From Legionella sp. (GTDB taxonomy: Bacteria > Pseudomonadota > Gammaproteobacteria > Legionellales > Legionellaceae): DNA of 35,788 nt. The notes under the pieces were generated by a model. It saw only the letters and a program-made list of their open reading frames with translations. It had not been told where the DNA came from and did no database searches. Position 1 is the stretch's first letter. Each line of letters opens with the position of its first letter. The translations under genes and the position numbers were made by a program. Where the stretch lies: assembly GCA_051657005.1 (NCBI GenBank), contig JBOFJV010000208.1, positions 1 to 35,788 of the forward strand, read 5' to 3'. Below are positions 19,985 through 32,785 of this stretch, one piece after another.

Positions 19985-20485
19985 ATGAAAAAAGCATATC
20001 AAAATATTAAATACTACTTACGCAGTTTTCTTCTATTGGAATTATTATCGGGTTTAAAGCTAACCGGTAAATATTTCTTTAAGAAAAAAATAACAGTCCA
20101 GTTTCCTGAAGAACAGACACCTATTTCTCCTCGTTTCAGAGGATTGTTGGCACTGCGCCGCTATCCTAATGGCGAGGAACGATGCATTGCATGCAAATTA
20201 TGTGAGGCAGTTTGTCCTGCTTTAGCGATAACTATAGAATCAGAACCACGTGAAGATGGCTCTCGACGTACAACCCGCTATGATATTGACATGTTCAAAT
20301 GCATCAATTGTGGTTTGTGTGAAGAATCCTGCCCTGTCGACTCTATAGTTGTAACCACGATCCATCATTATCATGTGAGTGAGCGTGGACAAAATATTAT
20401 GACTAAAGAAAAGCTCCTGGCACTTGGTGATTTAATGGAGCCAAAACTTGCAGCAGACAGAGCTGCTGATGAAAAATACCGATAA
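19985..20485 (+). CDS. nuoI: NADH-quinone oxidoreductase subunit I
   Basis: Two 4Fe-4S motifs, [12 protein letters not shown] and [12 protein letters not shown]. Confidence 0.98.
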   Translation: MKKAYQNIKYYLRSFLLLELLSGLKLTGKYFFKKKITVQFPEEQTPISPRFRGLLALRRYPNGEERCIACKLCEAVCPALAITIESEPREDGSRRTTRYDIDMFKCINCGLCEESCPVDSIVVTTIHHYHVSERGQNIMTKEKLLALGDLMEPKLAADRAADEKYR

Positions 20486-20496
20486 CGGGGTTATTT

Positions 20497-21150
20497 ATGC
20501 ATGAATCATTAATTCAAACCATTTTTTATGTTTTTGCCTCTTTGGCATTATGTTCTGCATTTATGGTGATTATTCAAGATAATCCCGTACGCAGCGTTTT
20601 ATTTCTCGTGCTTACATTTTTTGCCAGCGCCATTTTATGGATACTTGCAGAAGCGGAGTTTCTTGCACTGATTTTAGTATTGGTTTATGTAGGTGCAGTG
20701 ATGACGCTGTTCATCTTTGTGGTTATGATGCTCAATATTGACATTGAGATATGGAACAGCCACTACAAGCGGTATTTACCATTTGGTTTAATTCTGGTTG
20801 CATTATTAACCGGATTATTAATGGTTTCTATTCCACCAGGTACATTTAAATCCAATGTTGAAACGCAAAATAACGCGATCAGTTCTCAATTTTTGGATGT
20901 TGCACAAGAAAATACTCCTGGAGCGGTACAGCATTTTTTAACTAATACTGAAGCACTGGGTATGGTTTTATATACTGATTATTTGCTTGCTTTTGAAATT
21001 GCCGCAGTGGTGTTGCTTATCGCAATTATTTCTGCAATTACTTTGGTGCATAGAGGCCCAAGAAAGTCGAAGAGACAAGATGTAAAACAACAAATTTTAA
21101 CGCGTAAAAACCAACGGGTTGAATTAATTAATATGAAAGCAGAAAAATAA
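20497..21150 (+). CDS. nuoJ: NADH-quinone oxidoreductase subunit J
   Basis: NPVRSVLFL, AEFLAL and VYVGAVM motifs. Operon position. Confidence 0.96.
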   Translation: MHESLIQTIFYVFASLALCSAFMVIIQDNPVRSVLFLVLTFFASAILWILAEAEFLALILVLVYVGAVMTLFIFVVMMLNIDIEIWNSHYKRYLPFGLILVALLTGLLMVSIPPGTFKSNVETQNNAISSQFLDVAQENTPGAVQHFLTNTEALGMVLYTDYLLAFEIAAVVLLIAIISAITLVHRGPRKSKRQDVKQQILTRKNQRVELINMKAEK

Positions 21151-21165
21151 TATTGGGGAATTCCT

Positions 21166-21471
21166 ATGATACCTATTAATAATTACCTGATGCTTGGCGC
21201 AATTTTATTTGGCTTTGGGCTTATTGGCATTATGATGAATCGCAGAAACATCATTTTGCTTTTGGTATGTATTGAATTAATGTTACTTGCAGTGAACACT
21301 AATTTTATTGCATTTTCCCATTATTATAGTGAGATAAGTGGTCAAGTCTTTGTCTTTTTTATTTTAACAGTTGCTGCTGCCGAAGCAGCGATTGGTTTAG
21401 CCCTAGTGATGTTGCTTTTTAGAAACCGAGGTAACATTAACGTTGATAAAATGAATCATTTAAAAGGTTAA
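21166..21471 (+). CDS. nuoK: NADH-quinone oxidoreductase subunit K
   Basis: IELMLLAVN and [13 protein letters not shown]. Confidence 0.97.
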   Translation: MIPINNYLMLGAILFGFGLIGIMMNRRNIILLLVCIELMLLAVNTNFIAFSHYYSEISGQVFVFFILTVAAAEAAIGLALVMLLFRNRGNINVDKMNHLKG

Positions 21472-21475
21472 CACT

Positions 21476-23449
21476 GTGAGTCTTCAACAACTTTGTCTAA
21501 TAATTGTTCTTGCACCGCTTGCTGGCTCTCTAATAGCTGGTTTTTTTCGTAACCAAATAGGACGAGTCGGAGCTCATACCATAACGATCTTGGGGATTTC
21601 AATTTCGCTATTGGTATCAATATGTATTGCCTGGCAGTTTTTTTCAGGCCATATCTCCACTGTAAATACAGTGGTGTATCACTGGGCGACAGGTGGTTTA
21701 ATACTCCCATTTGAATTTAACATCGGATTTTTGATTGACCCTTTAAGTGTGGTCATGCTCGTTACAGTCAATTTTGTCTCCTTGCTTGTGCATATCTACA
21801 GTATTGGATATATGGCAGATGATGATGGCTATCAACGATTTTTTAGTTATATTTCTTTATTTACATTCATGATGCTGATGCTGGTGAGTGCCAATAATTT
21901 CTTGCAGTTATTTTTTGGCTGGGAAGGAGTTGGTCTTGTTTCGTATTTGCTTATCGGCTTCTGGTATCAAAAGGAATCTGCAATTGAAGGCAGTTTAAAA
22001 GCCTTTCTTGTAAACCGAGTCGGAGATTTTGGTTTCCTTATCGGTATCGCTTTAGTTTTTGCTTATACTGGAAGTATTGATTATACAACGGTATTCCAAA
22101 GTGCTAATTATCTGGCAAGTCAAAGTATTGAGTTATTCCACGGCCACTCCTGGTCTTTAATCACCGTAATTTGTTTGGCTTTGTACGTTGGGGCTATGGG
22201 TAAATCGGCTCAAATACCGTTACATGTTTGGCTGCCTGAATCAATGGAAGGTCCTACACCTATTTCCGCACTGATCCATGCTGCAACCATGGTTACTGCG
22301 GGTGTATTTATGATCGCTCGTATTTCGCCTCTTATTGAGTTTTCGACAACTGCATTAAGCGTTGTGCTTGTTATTGGCGCAAGTGGTGCACTGTTTACCG
22401 GTATTATTGCTTTGGTAATGAACGATATCAAACGCGTTGTCGCTTATTCCACCTTATCACAACTTGGCTATATGATGGTAGGAATGGGAGCTTCAGCCTA
22501 TAGCGCTGGCATGTTTCATTTGCTTACCCATGCATGCTTTAAAGCATTATTGTTCCTTGGTGCCGGCTCTGTAATTATTGGGATGCATCATGAGCAAGAC
22601 ATGCGAAAAATGGGTGGCCTATGGAATAAAATGCCAATTACTTACATAACCTATGTTATCGGCTCATTGGCTTTATGCGCATTTCCGCCTTTTTCCGGGT
22701 TTTACTCAAAAGATACTATTATTGAAGCCGCTCAATTATCACAAATCCCTGGCAGCAGCTATGCTTATTTTTGTGTTGTAGTGGGCGCTGGTGTTACAGC
22801 ATTGTATACATTTAGATCCTTATTTATGACGTTTCATGGTAAGCCTCGTATGGATGAACATACATTAAGCCATATTCATGAATCACCTTGGGTGGTGTGG
22901 CTTCCACTGGTTTTACTGACGATACCATCCATCATATTAGGTTATGTCCTGTACATGCCAATATTATTTGATCAACCCAGTTTACTTAGTTCTTCATTAT
23001 TTATATTGCCACAGCATAATGTTTTAGCTGAGCTTGCCCATGAAGTGAGTTCTCCTTTTGAAAGCATGTTGCATTCAGTCACTTCGTTTACTTTATGGAT
23101 AACCATAGCAGGTACTGTAATTGCGTGGATTTGCTATATAGCTGTTCCATCGATTCCCAGTTACTTAGCGCGTTATTTTTCACTTATTTATAAGATCCTA
23201 ATCAATAAATATGGATTTGATGCATTCAATAATCTGGTCTTTGTAAAAGGTTCTAAGGGTATAGGGCGTTTATTTTACAGTGTTGGCGATCAGAAGTTGA
23301 TTGATGGAATGGTAGTGAATGGCAGTAGCCGACTGGTTAGATGGTTTGCTGCTAAAGGTCGTACCATTCAAAGTGGTTATCTGTATCATTATGCAGCAAT
23401 AATGGTTTTTGGATTGCTTGGATTTTTATGCTGGTTGATACTCGGCTAA
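21476..23449 (+). CDS. nuoL: NADH-quinone oxidoreductase subunit L
   Basis: GWEGVGLVSYLLIGFW, NRVGDFG, GKSAQIPLHVWLP, GPTPISALIHAATMV and HLLTHACFKALLF. Confidence 0.98.
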   Translation: MSLQQLCLIIVLAPLAGSLIAGFFRNQIGRVGAHTITILGISISLLVSICIAWQFFSGHISTVNTVVYHWATGGLILPFEFNIGFLIDPLSVVMLVTVNFVSLLVHIYSIGYMADDDGYQRFFSYISLFTFMMLMLVSANNFLQLFFGWEGVGLVSYLLIGFWYQKESAIEGSLKAFLVNRVGDFGFLIGIALVFAYTGSIDYTTVFQSANYLASQSIELFHGHSWSLITVICLALYVGAMGKSAQIPLHVWLPESMEGPTPISALIHAATMVTAGVFMIARISPLIEFSTTALSVVLVIGASGALFTGIIALVMNDIKRVVAYSTLSQLGYMMVGMGASAYSAGMFHLLTHACFKALLFLGAGSVIIGMHHEQDMRKMGGLWNKMPITYITYVIGSLALCAFPPFSGFYSKDTIIEAAQLSQIPGSSYAYFCVVVGAGVTALYTFRSLFMTFHGKPRMDEHTLSHIHESPWVVWLPLVLLTIPSIILGYVLYMPILFDQPSLLSSSLFILPQHNVLAELAHEVSSPFESMLHSVTSFTLWITIAGTVIAWICYIAVPSIPSYLARYFSLIYKILINKYGFDAFNNLVFVKGSKGIGRLFYSVGDQKLIDGMVVNGSSRLVRWFAAKGRTIQSGYLYHYAAIMVFGLLGFLCWLILG

Positions 23450-23463
23450 TATAGGGTGAAGGT

Positions 23464-24969
23464 ATGCATTATTTTCTCAATCTACTTATTTGGTTGCCGA
23501 TAATAGGCGGTGTTTTTGTTCTTCTCGCTGGATATGATCGTAGCCCGAATATTTCGCGTTACTTGGCTTTATTTACGGTAATACTCTGTTTATTACTTTG
23601 TATTCCTCTGGTTTCAGGATTTGATACTAAAGTTTTAGGCATGCAATATCTTGAAGAGTTTCCATGGATGCCTGCATTGGGTATTAGTTACAGCCTGGGT
23701 ATCGATGGGATGTCACTGTTGTTAATCGTACTCAGCATTTTTACCAATTTGATTGTAATCCTTGCAACTTGGGACAGTATTACCAATAGAGTCGCACAGT
23801 ATTTATCTGCTTTTTTGATCATGCAAGGGTTGTTGGTAGGCGTCTTCTCTGCTTTAGATGCAATTTTATTTTACGTCTTCTGGGAAGCAACTCTGATTCC
23901 AATGTATTTGATTATTGGTATATGGGGTTCGGACAATCGAGTCTACGCAGCCATTAAGTTTTTCTTATATACCTTCTTGGGCTCGGTACTGATGCTAGCC
24001 AGCTTTTTATATATGGGTTATATCGCGGGTACATTCAATATCGAAGCGTTTTATGCAATTAAACTCGGTATGACTGCGCAAACTCTAATTTTCATTGCCT
24101 TTTTCCTCGGATTTGCAATCAAGATCCCTATGTTTCCAGTGCATACATGGTTACCCGATGCTCATACTGAAGCACCTGCTGGTGGCTCGGTTGTTTTAGC
24201 AGCGATTTTACTAAAGCTGGGTGCTTACGGATTTATTCGCTTTTCTTTACCCATAGTTCCTGATGCATGCAGTCGCTATGCTGGTGTGATGATTGCGTTA
24301 TCTCTCATTGCAATTGTTTACATTGCTTTAGTTGCAATCATTCAAAAGGATATGAAGCGACTCATCGCGTATTCGTCAATTTCTCATATGGGATTTGTTA
24401 CCTTAGGATCATTTGCCATATTTGCTATTGCCAAACAAAATGGCTTGAGTGCTGCAGGGTTGATATTGGAAGGCTCAATTGTGGTGATGATTTCGCATGC
24501 TTTTGTCTCAAGCGCACTTTTTGCAGGAGTGGGTTATATTTATGACCGTATGCATACACGCCAATTATCTGATTTTGGTGGCGTTGTTAATACTATGCCG
24601 GTGTTTGCTTCATTCTTTATGCTCTTCTGTATGGCAAACGCAGGGCTGCCAGGAACTTCTGGGTTCGTTGGTGAGTTTATGGTGATATTAGGTTCATTAA
24701 AGGCCGGTTTTTGGGTTACATTCTGGGCTGCTACTACACTAATCACTGCAGCAGGGTACAATCTCTGGATGTACAAGCGAGTTATTTTTGGTCCTGTGGC
24801 GAACGAAAAAGTAGCAGCATTAAAAGACCTTACTGGCTTTGAGTTAAGCGCTTATGTGTTACTTGCTTTTATGGTTATCGCTATGGGTGTTTATCCTAAG
24901 CCATTCTTAGAGTACATACATCAAACTGTAAGCCATACTCTAGCATTAGCAAGTCAAACAAAATTGTAA
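23464..24969 (+). CDS. nuoM: NADH-quinone oxidoreductase subunit M
   Basis: FYVFWEATLIPMY, KIPMFPVHTWLPDAHTEAP, AYSSISHMG and LPGTSGFVGE. Confidence 0.98.
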   Translation: MHYFLNLLIWLPIIGGVFVLLAGYDRSPNISRYLALFTVILCLLLCIPLVSGFDTKVLGMQYLEEFPWMPALGISYSLGIDGMSLLLIVLSIFTNLIVILATWDSITNRVAQYLSAFLIMQGLLVGVFSALDAILFYVFWEATLIPMYLIIGIWGSDNRVYAAIKFFLYTFLGSVLMLASFLYMGYIAGTFNIEAFYAIKLGMTAQTLIFIAFFLGFAIKIPMFPVHTWLPDAHTEAPAGGSVVLAAILLKLGAYGFIRFSLPIVPDACSRYAGVMIALSLIAIVYIALVAIIQKDMKRLIAYSSISHMGFVTLGSFAIFAIAKQNGLSAAGLILEGSIVVMISHAFVSSALFAGVGYIYDRMHTRQLSDFGGVVNTMPVFASFFMLFCMANAGLPGTSGFVGEFMVILGSLKAGFWVTFWAATTLITAAGYNLWMYKRVIFGPVANEKVAALKDLTGFELSAYVLLAFMVIAMGVYPKPFLEYIHQTVSHTLALASQTKL

Positions 24970-24984
24970 TCAAGGTTAATTAAT

Positions 24985-26427
24985 ATGACAGCACTAGTTG
25001 AAAACATCCATGTGGCCTTACCGGAAATAATAATATTAGCCACCGCATGTATTGCATTGCTTGGCGATTTATTTTTTCGACATCGGTATAAAGCAATTGC
25101 TTATTACATTTCCTGTTTTGGTTTAATCATCGCTGCTCTTGTTAGTTTCCTTTATATTGGAATGTATAATGGCATCACGTTAAATGGTTTATTTATTAGT
25201 GATGATGTTGCGCATTTAATGAAAATATTTATTTATCTAACAGTCCTGCTCAGTTTTGTTTATTCAAGAAACTACATCGATGAGCGTCAAATGCCATCCG
25301 GTGATTATTATGTTTTAGGTATATTCTCTACTTTGGGAATGATGATACTTGTTTCGGCTCATTCTCTTTTAACCATTTTCCTTGGTTTGGAATTATTGTC
25401 GCTTCCTTTATATGCGATGACTGCAATTCGACGAACCGATGGAGATGCTTCTGAAGCAGCGATCAAATACTTCGTTATGGGCTCTATTGCATCAGCAATG
25501 CTTTTATATGGTATCTCATTAATCTATGGAGCTACAGGTAAATTAGATCTATTAGATGTTGCCAATGCAATCGCAGCCAATTGGCAACAGCGAAGTACTT
25601 TATTGTCATTTGCATTAGTATTTATTGTATCTGGGGTTGCTTTTAAATTGGCAGCAGTGCCTTTTCATATGTGGGCGCCGGATGTATACCAGGGAGCACC
25701 GAGCTCTGTAACATTATTTCTAAGTGCTGCACCAAAAATAGCTGCTTTAGGCATGGCTTTTCGATTGCTAACCATCGGACTAATTGATATTAGCGCTCAG
25801 TGGCAACAAATTTTGTTAGTTATTACTTTATTATCTACTGGTTTAGGTAATTTATTTGCGGTAGTACAAAACAGTATTAAACGATTATTAGCCTATTCAG
25901 CAATATCACATATTGGATATGCTTTATTCGGTATTCTCGCTGCAAGTGCCGCAGGTTATTCAGCCGCACTTTATTATATTCTCGTTTATTCAATTACTTC
26001 TGCAGCAGCATTTGGCTTGGTTGTTTTAATGTCGAGTCAAGGAATGGAAATTGACAGTGTTGATGATTTGAAAGGGCTTAATAAAAGAAATCCTTGGTTG
26101 GCATTTATGATGTTACTCGTAATGTTTTCTATGGCGGGTGTTCCGCCAACAGTTGGTTTCTTTACCAAACTACTTGTGCTTAAAGCATTAGTCGATGTGC
26201 AAATGACATGGGTTGCTGTAGTTGGTTTATTTTTTACCGTTATCGGCGCTTATTATTATCTAAGAATTGTTAAGTTAATGTATTTTGATAAGCCAGTACA
26301 TGTAGAGCCAGTAATTATCAATAAAGGAAATATGGTCATATATTCTCTTAATTGCCTGTCATTGCTTTATTTAGGTATCTTTCCAGGAGCCTTAATTGTC
26401 GCATGCATTAATGCGTTTGCGACCTAG
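24985..26427 (+). CDS. nuoN: NADH-quinone oxidoreductase subunit N
   Basis: [36 protein letters not shown] and [14 protein letters not shown]. Confidence 0.98.
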   Translation: MTALVENIHVALPEIIILATACIALLGDLFFRHRYKAIAYYISCFGLIIAALVSFLYIGMYNGITLNGLFISDDVAHLMKIFIYLTVLLSFVYSRNYIDERQMPSGDYYVLGIFSTLGMMILVSAHSLLTIFLGLELLSLPLYAMTAIRRTDGDASEAAIKYFVMGSIASAMLLYGISLIYGATGKLDLLDVANAIAANWQQRSTLLSFALVFIVSGVAFKLAAVPFHMWAPDVYQGAPSSVTLFLSAAPKIAALGMAFRLLTIGLIDISAQWQQILLVITLLSTGLGNLFAVVQNSIKRLLAYSAISHIGYALFGILAASAAGYSAALYYILVYSITSAAAFGLVVLMSSQGMEIDSVDDLKGLNKRNPWLAFMMLLVMFSMAGVPPTVGFFTKLLVLKALVDVQMTWVAVVGLFFTVIGAYYYLRIVKLMYFDKPVHVEPVIINKGNMVIYSLNCLSLLYLGIFPGALIVACINAFAT

Positions 26428-26511
26428 TTAATCGTAATTTGATTTTATATTGGTAAAAGTGATTTTTTTGTTACATGACTCACATTAATTTACAATCTTA
26501 AGCAAAAGTAC

Positions 26512-26540
26512 TTGCTAAGAGAGGAGACTCTCAGTATACT
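26512..26540 (+). promoter_or_regulatory. Sigma70 promoter for tRNA-Met (metY-like)
   Basis: TTGCTA(26512-26517)-17 bp-TATACT(26535-26540), 13 nt before the tRNA. Confidence 0.75.
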
Positions 26541-26553
26541 TGCCTTCAGTTGA

Positions 26554-26630
<77 letters not shown>

Positions 26631-26639
26631 CTTATTAAG

Positions 26640-26661
26640 AACCCCATTTATGGGGTTTTTT
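26640..26661 (+). terminator. Intrinsic terminator after tRNA-Met
   Basis: AACCCCA-TTTA-TGGGGTT followed by a T-run. Confidence 0.8.
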
Positions 26662-26780
26662 ATTACGTTAAATTTGTAACTGCACTAAGAGACAGTAACC
26701 CTGAAAAGGAGAAACTGAACTCTGGAATTGCTATTTGTGTTAAAAAATTTCTAGAGTTATCCCTTCACACTTTCCTCGGT

Positions 26781-26819
26781 TGCTATACTGGATTTGTATT
26801 AGGGCCTATGCCCCTTTTT
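26781..26819 (+). promoter_or_regulatory. Extended -10 promoter plus rimP-leader-like mini terminator hairpin
   Basis: TGcTATACT (26781-26789), then GGGC-CTAT-GCCC-CTTTTT (26802-26819) just upstream of rimP. Resembles the GGGC..GCCC rimP leader of proteobacteria. Confidence 0.55.
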
Positions 26820-26833
26820 ACTTTGTTAATACT

Positions 26834-27277
26834 ATGATACAAGATGAATTGGAACATTTATTAGCTCCTGCAATTAATGATATGGGCTACGAACTTTGGG
26901 GATGTGAATACCTTTCACAAGGCAGACATTCCCTGCTGCTTATCTATATTGATAAAGCTGATGGAATCGGGATTGAAGATTGTGAAGCAGTCAGTCATCA
27001 AGTGAGTGCTATGCTTGATGTCGAGGACCCTATCCCTGGAAATTACAGTTTAGAAGTATCATCGCCAGGGATACCTAGACCTCTATTTAAAAGTTGGCAA
27101 TACCAACGTTATATAGGCTCAGAGATCCAGGTGAAAGCTTTTAAGCCTGTTGGTGGTAAACGTAAATTTACGGGGACTATAGTTTCAGTATCTGAGAATT
27201 CTTTAGTACTGAATATAAATGATGAGAATCAAGAATTACTTTTTTCAAATATTGTGAAAGCAAATTTGACAGCGTAG
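26834..27277 (+). CDS. rimP: Ribosome maturation factor RimP
   Basis: [33 protein letters not shown] and IVKANL motifs. ATG 26834 (147 aa). Confidence 0.96.
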   Translation: MIQDELEHLLAPAINDMGYELWGCEYLSQGRHSLLLIYIDKADGIGIEDCEAVSHQVSAMLDVEDPIPGNYSLEVSSPGIPRPLFKSWQYQRYIGSEIQVKAFKPVGGKRKFTGTIVSVSENSLVLNINDENQELLFSNIVKANLTA

Positions 27278-27288
27278 AGAGGCGAACA

Positions 27289-28767
27289 ATGAGCAAAGAA
27301 TTGTTACTGGTTGCAGAGGCGTTATCAAACGAAAGAGGTGTCAGTAAAGATGTTATTTTACTTGCCATTCAGGCCGCATTAGAGTCTGCAACTCGCAAGA
27401 TCTTTGGATTGGACATTGGAGTACTAATTAAACTCGATCCCCGCACTGGTGAATATGAAACATTCAGATATTGGGATGTAATTAATGATGATGAATTAGA
27501 ACATCCTGATCGCCAATTAACGCTTGAACAAGCTAAAGAACGTAGTCCAGCAATCAAAATCGGTGAGCGCATAGAAGAATCAATTCCATCTATTGAATTT
27601 GGTCGTATTGAGGCGCAAGCAGCTCGACAAGTGATTATGCAAAAGGTTCGTGAAGCGGAGCGGGAGCTTGTAATTGACCAATTCAGAAGCAAGTTGGGCC
27701 AGCTGATTTACGGAACAGTCAAAAAAGTAACACGTGATAATGTGATCATTGATTTAGGTGGTAAAGCAGAAGCATTTTTACCTCGTACGGAAATGCTGCC
27801 GCATGAAATGTTCCGTCCAAACGACAGAGTACGCGCGTATTTATATGAGATAATACCACAAGCTCGCGGACCGCAATTGTTTGTAAGTCGTACGCGCAAT
27901 GAAATGCTTATTGAACTGTTTCGCATTGAAGTACCAGAAATTGGTGAAAATGTTATTGATGTTAAAGCGGCTGCACGAGATCCCGGTAATCGAGCTAAAA
28001 TCGCAGTCAAAACAAATGATGGTCGTATTGATCCAGTTGGTGCTTGCGTAGGTATGCGTGGTGCACGCGTCCAGGCTGTTTCGAGTGAACTTGGTGGTGA
28101 GCGTGTAGATATTATCCTATGGGATGATAATCCAGCCCAATTGGTTATAAATGCCATGGCTCCAGCGGATATCTCGTCAATTGTTGTTGATGAAGATACG
28201 CATACAATGGATTTAGCGGTAGAGAAAGATCAATTATCACAAGCTATTGGTCGAAATGGACAAAATGTTCGTCTGGCAAGTCAGTTAACTGGCTGGACTT
28301 TAAATGTTATGACGACAGATGAATTTGAAAATAAGAATTTAGAAGAATCAAGTAAAATTGTTAAGTTATTTACTGCTGCGCTGGAAATCGATGAAGAAAT
28401 TGCTGCATTACTCGTAGCGCATGGTTTTTCTTCTCTTGAGGAAATTGCTTATGTGCCCAAGGAAGAATTACTGGCTATAGAAGAATTTGATGAAGAAATT
28501 GTTGAGGAATTAAGAAATAGGGCAAATGATAATTTGCTGACTATGGCACTTTCCTCTGGGAAAGGATTGTCGGGTACGCCTGATGAGTCTTTGCTTTCTA
28601 TGGACGGTATGACTGAAGCGCTTGCAAATCAATTAGCAGCAAGAGGAATTACATCTATGGAAGATTTAGCAGAGCAATCTGTAGATGAATTGTTAGAAAT
28701 TGAAGGAATGACTGAAGAAAAGGCCGGTACTTTAATTCTGAAGGCTAGAGAACCATGGTTTTTATAA
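27289..28767 (+). CDS. nusA: Transcription termination/antitermination factor NusA
   Basis: [14 protein letters not shown]1 and KH domains ([36 protein letters not shown]), and acidic AR repeats. Confidence 0.98.
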   Translation: MSKELLLVAEALSNERGVSKDVILLAIQAALESATRKIFGLDIGVLIKLDPRTGEYETFRYWDVINDDELEHPDRQLTLEQAKERSPAIKIGERIEESIPSIEFGRIEAQAARQVIMQKVREAERELVIDQFRSKLGQLIYGTVKKVTRDNVIIDLGGKAEAFLPRTEMLPHEMFRPNDRVRAYLYEIIPQARGPQLFVSRTRNEMLIELFRIEVPEIGENVIDVKAAARDPGNRAKIAVKTNDGRIDPVGACVGMRGARVQAVSSELGGERVDIILWDDNPAQLVINAMAPADISSIVVDEDTHTMDLAVEKDQLSQAIGRNGQNVRLASQLTGWTLNVMTTDEFENKNLEESSKIVKLFTAALEIDEEIAALLVAHGFSSLEEIAYVPKEELLAIEEFDEEIVEELRNRANDNLLTMALSSGKGLSGTPDESLLSMDGMTEALANQLAARGITSMEDLAEQSVDELLEIEGMTEEKAGTLILKAREPWFL

Positions 28768-28853
28768 GAACTATGGATTGAATTAATTAATGTGTTGCAA
28801 TATGCAGTTTTATTCATATTTAATGAAATATGACTGTTAAAGGGGATTAAAAT

Positions 28854-31463
28854 ATGGCGGATGTGACGGTTAAACAATTAGCTCAAGTCGTTGGTATTCC
28901 GGTTGAGCGCTTATTGAACCAGTTACAGGAAGCAGGGTTGTCTTTTACCGATGATCAACAAACTGTGAATGAAGAGCAAAAGCGCATCCTACTCAATCAT
29001 TTAAAAAGAAGCTCTGTGAGTGATGCTCATACTTCTCCTGAACGTATTACTTTAAGACGAAAAAGCTTGTCTCAAGTTACTGTTGGCCATGATGTTCATA
29101 GTGGAAAAACAGTAAATATTGAGGTACGCAAGAAAAAAGTTTTTGTGAAGCGTGCACCAGTAATAGAACAACCTGAAGCAGAAGAGTCACTCGTTACTCC
29201 TGAGGAAGACCATACTATTTCTGAGCAATCTTCTGTTGAGACGGTGCAAGAAGCGCCTGAAATCGATCTCTTAAATGAGTCTGTTGAAGTGGCTGCTGAA
29301 GTTGTTGAGTCACAACAAGCAGAACCAGCTGTTGAGCCCGTATCAGAAGAATCAGCTCAAGCTGCAGGGCAACCTGATGATCTATTAGAGGTGCTGGCTC
29401 CTGAAGTTGCAAAAGATTCATCTCCCGTTGAAGAAACGGCAGTGCATGCTGTAAAAGAAGAGCATAAAGCTGAAAAGACCAACAAAAAGAAACATACAGA
29501 GCAGGGGCAGGAATCAGAAATGTCTGATTTCAAAAAGGTTAAGAAAAAGCCTAAATATCAATCGTACGAGCGCGATGCAGACGAACAAGAGGGACCTCGC
29601 CGTGGTGGACGCAGTAAGTTCAAAAAACGCAAAGGCCTGGAGAAATCTGACAAGTATCGGGAAGCTGAAGAAACATTGACACATGGCTTCGCATTACCGA
29701 CTGCGCCCGTAGTGAGAGAAGTTTTAATCCCCGAAACAATTACTGTTGCAGAGCTTGCAAAAAGAATGTCAGTAAAAGCAGCAGAAGTGATTAAAGTGAT
29801 GATGTCACTCGGTGCGATGGCTACTATTAACCAGGTAATTGATCAAGAAACAGCGGTTATCGTAGTTGAAGAAATGGGACATAAGCCCCACGTCATTAAA
29901 GAAGATGCCATTGAAGTGGGCTTGGGTGAGTCCATCTCTATTGGTAGTCATACCGAATCAAGAGCTCCAGTAGTTACTATTATGGGGCATGTGGATCATG
30001 GTAAAACATCACTACTTGATTATATTCGTCGTACTAAAGTTGCTTCTGGAGAAGCAGGTGGAATTACGCAGCATATCGGTGCGTATCATGTGGATACACC
30101 TAAAGGTGTTATTACCTTCTTAGATACACCAGGCCACGCCGCTTTCACTGCAATGCGTGCTCGTGGAGCTCAGGTAACTGACATCGTAATTTTGATTGTT
30201 GCAGCTGATGATGGGGTCAAGCTACAGACTATTGAAGCGATTCAACATGCCAAAGCAGCAAAAGTACCCATTATTGTTGCGATTAATAAGATGGATAAGC
30301 CAGATGCTGATCCAGAGCGAGTTATGAATGAATTAACTGTTCATGAAGTAATGCCAGAAGCATGGGGTGGTGATACCATGTTTATTAATATTTCTGCTAA
30401 ATCAGGTATGGGTGTTGACGACTTATTGGACTCAATTTTGTTGCAATCAGAAGTCTTGGAACTTACTGCAGTAACTGATGGTGCTGCTAAAGGTGTCGTG
30501 ATTGAATCGCGTTTGGATAAAGGACGTGGACCTGTTGCTACAGTATTAGTACAAAGTGGTACATTGCATAAGGGAGATATTCTTCTTGCTGGATTCCAAT
30601 ATGGCCGTGTCCGTGCATTGGTTGGTGACAATGGTGATATGGTTGATAGCGCTGGCCCATCAATACCTGTAGAGGTTCTTGGTTTATCTGCAATTCCTCA
30701 TGCAGGAGATGAAGCTGTTGTCGTTCCTGATGAGAAAAAAGCGAGAGAAGTTGCACTATTCCGCCAAGGTAAATTCCGTGATGTGAAATTGGCGAGACGC
30801 CAAAAATCAACGATTGAAGGAATCATGGAGAATATGGCTGCCGTAGAATCTAAAGTACTTAATGTAGTACTCAAGGCAGATGTTCAAGGTTCTCTTGAAG
30901 CAATTTCAGATGCATTAGTGAAGCTGTCTACTGATGAGGTTAAGGTTGAAGTCATTTCAAGTGGTGTTGGTGGAATTACAGAGTCCGATGTTCATCTTGC
31001 TATAGCATCGAATGCGATTTTGGTAGGCTTTAATGTGAGAGCAGACAGTACTGCTAAGAAACTTGCGGAACATGAGTCAGTTTCCTTGCATTATTACAGT
31101 GTAATTTATGACATTGTCGATCAAATCAAAGGTGCTTTAACAGGTATGTTAGCTCCGCAATTCAAAGAAGAGATTATTGGTATTGCTGAAGTTCGCGATG
31201 TGTTCAAATCACCTAAGATTGGAGCAATCGCAGGGTGTATGGTTATTGAAGGTTCTATTAAGCGTAATAATCCGATTCGAGTATTGCGTGCCAACGTGGT
31301 TATTTACGAAGGAACTTTGGAGTCGTTAAGACGATTTAAGGATGATGTGGTTGAGGTTCGCCAAGGATTTGAATGTGGTATTGGTGTGAAAAATTACAAT
31401 GATGTAAAACCAGGTGATTTAATCGAAGTTTATGAAACTGTCGAAATTAAGCGTGATTTATAA
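28854..31463 (+). CDS. infB: Translation initiation factor IF-2
   Basis: [42 protein letters not shown] and SLRRFKDDV. Confidence 0.98.
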   Translation: MADVTVKQLAQVVGIPVERLLNQLQEAGLSFTDDQQTVNEEQKRILLNHLKRSSVSDAHTSPERITLRRKSLSQVTVGHDVHSGKTVNIEVRKKKVFVKRAPVIEQPEAEESLVTPEEDHTISEQSSVETVQEAPEIDLLNESVEVAAEVVESQQAEPAVEPVSEESAQAAGQPDDLLEVLAPEVAKDSSPVEETAVHAVKEEHKAEKTNKKKHTEQGQESEMSDFKKVKKKPKYQSYERDADEQEGPRRGGRSKFKKRKGLEKSDKYREAEETLTHGFALPTAPVVREVLIPETITVAELAKRMSVKAAEVIKVMMSLGAMATINQVIDQETAVIVVEEMGHKPHVIKEDAIEVGLGESISIGSHTESRAPVVTIMGHVDHGKTSLLDYIRRTKVASGEAGGITQHIGAYHVDTPKGVITFLDTPGHAAFTAMRARGAQVTDIVILIVAADDGVKLQTIEAIQHAKAAKVPIIVAINKMDKPDADPERVMNELTVHEVMPEAWGGDTMFINISAKSGMGVDDLLDSILLQSEVLELTAVTDGAAKGVVIESRLDKGRGPVATVLVQSGTLHKGDILLAGFQYGRVRALVGDNGDMVDSAGPSIPVEVLGLSAIPHAGDEAVVVPDEKKAREVALFRQGKFRDVKLARRQKSTIEGIMENMAAVESKVLNVVLKADVQGSLEAISDALVKLSTDEVKVEVISSGVGGITESDVHLAIASNAILVGFNVRADSTAKKLAEHESVSLHYYSVIYDIVDQIKGALTGMLAPQFKEEIIGIAEVRDVFKSPKIGAIAGCMVIEGSIKRNNPIRVLRANVVIYEGTLESLRRFKDDVVEVRQGFECGIGVKNYNDVKPGDLIEVYETVEIKRDL

Positions 31464-31465
31464 AA

Positions 31466-31837
31466 ATGGGGCATCAGTTTAAACGTACCGATAGAGTCGC
31501 TGAGATGATTCAGCGAAAATTAGCACAGATTATACCTCAGGAAGTAAAAGATCCTCGACTAACAGGATTTGTGACCATTTCAGCAGTAAAAGTTGCTGCT
31601 GATTTGGGGCATGCTAAAGTATATTTTACAGTGCTCAATGACGATAAAAAATTAACAGGGACCATTTTAAATGCTGCTGCAGGTTATTTACGTAGTGCCT
31701 TGGCACGCAGTATTTCGTTGCGCACAATTCCGCAACTGCATTTTGTGTATGATGAGTCGATAGAATACGGCCAACACTTAAGCTATTTAATTGATAAGGT
31801 GAATCCGCCAAGCACTGATGATAATGAACGCGATTAA
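31466..31837 (+). CDS. rbfA: Ribosome-binding factor A
   Basis: [22 protein letters not shown] and [10 protein letters not shown]. Confidence 0.97.
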   Translation: MGHQFKRTDRVAEMIQRKLAQIIPQEVKDPRLTGFVTISAVKVAADLGHAKVYFTVLNDDKKLTGTILNAAAGYLRSALARSISLRTIPQLHFVYDESIEYGQHLSYLIDKVNPPSTDDNERD

Positions 31838-32729
31838 TTACTCATCTGCAATAGACGGGATTCTGCTGTTGAATAAGTCTGGAGGGATGACTTCTAATAG
31901 CGCGCTGCAGCAGGCAAAAAAACTATTTGGAGCAAAAAAGGCCGGGCATACAGGAAGCTTGGATCCTTTAGCAACAGGTATGTTGCCCATCTGTTTTGGT
32001 GAGGCGACCAAAGTATGTCAGTTTTTACTCGATGCAGACAAATGCTATGAAACAACTGGTTTACTCGGAGTAAAAACGAATACGTCTGATTCAATGGGAG
32101 AAGTCATTGCACGTACGGATGAATTTGCTGTGTCTGAGTCGCAATTACTTGATGTATTAGAACAACATAAAGGTTGTATAAAACAAATTCCGTCTATGTT
32201 TTCAGCATTAAAGCATAACGGGACACCGCTTTATCGGTTTGCTAGAGATGGTGTTGAGATTGAGCGAAAGGCGAGAGAGATATTGATTAGTGGGTTGCAA
32301 CTCAATTCATTTGACGGGACTCACTTTTCGTTAACGGTAACCTGCAGTAAAGGCACCTACATCCGTAACTTGGTCGAAGATATTGGTGATACTTTGGGTG
32401 TAGGGGCTCATGTAACCCGCTTACATCGAGTGTACACTGCCGGTCTTGATAAAATGCCGATGTATTCGCTTGACGAATTAGCGGTGATGACTTTTGCTGA
32501 ACGAATGGCTTGTTTAGTTCCTATGGAACGAGCAATTGATCATTTCAAGCAAGTGACTCTTTTTGATGATGAAGTCATTGCTCTTCGTCAAGGTAGAGTA
32601 TTACGTAATAAAATGTGTATTGAAGGTGCAGATTGTGTTCGCCTTTATAATGAGAGCGAGCAATTTATTGGGTTGGGTGAACGAAGTGCCAATGGTGATA
32701 TTAAAGCGAAACGATTGCTTTCTTTTTGA
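31824..32729 (+). CDS. truB: tRNA pseudouridine(55) synthase
   Basis: [24 protein letters not shown] and CSKGTYIR. Start 31824 or 31818, overlapping the rbfA end. Confidence 0.97.
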   Translation: MNAINYSSAIDGILLLNKSGGMTSNSALQQAKKLFGAKKAGHTGSLDPLATGMLPICFGEATKVCQFLLDADKCYETTGLLGVKTNTSDSMGEVIARTDEFAVSESQLLDVLEQHKGCIKQIPSMFSALKHNGTPLYRFARDGVEIERKAREILISGLQLNSFDGTHFSLTVTCSKGTYIRNLVEDIGDTLGVGAHVTRLHRVYTAGLDKMPMYSLDELAVMTFAERMACLVPMERAIDHFKQVTLFDDEVIALRQGRVLRNKMCIEGADCVRLYNESEQFIGLGERSANGDIKAKRLLSF

Positions 32730-32743
32730 TGCCTTGGTATAAT
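32715..32743 (+). promoter_or_regulatory. Sigma70 promoter of rpsO
   Basis: TTGCTT(32715-32720)-17 bp-TATAAT(32738-32743), with an extended TG. Confidence 0.8.
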
Positions 32744-32785
32744 GTCCTCCTTTCAATGACTACTTAGTAGTTCCAGGAGTCTATA

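Noticed and set aside
26718-26758. Weak hairpin AACTCTGGAA/TTCTAGAGTT between tRNA-Met and rimP
   Set aside because: AT-rich stem with a large loop. It could be a processing site, but support is too thin.
29150-29660. Glu/Ala/Pro-rich and Lys-rich low-complexity tract in infB
   Set aside because: This is the normal variable N-terminal linker of IF2.
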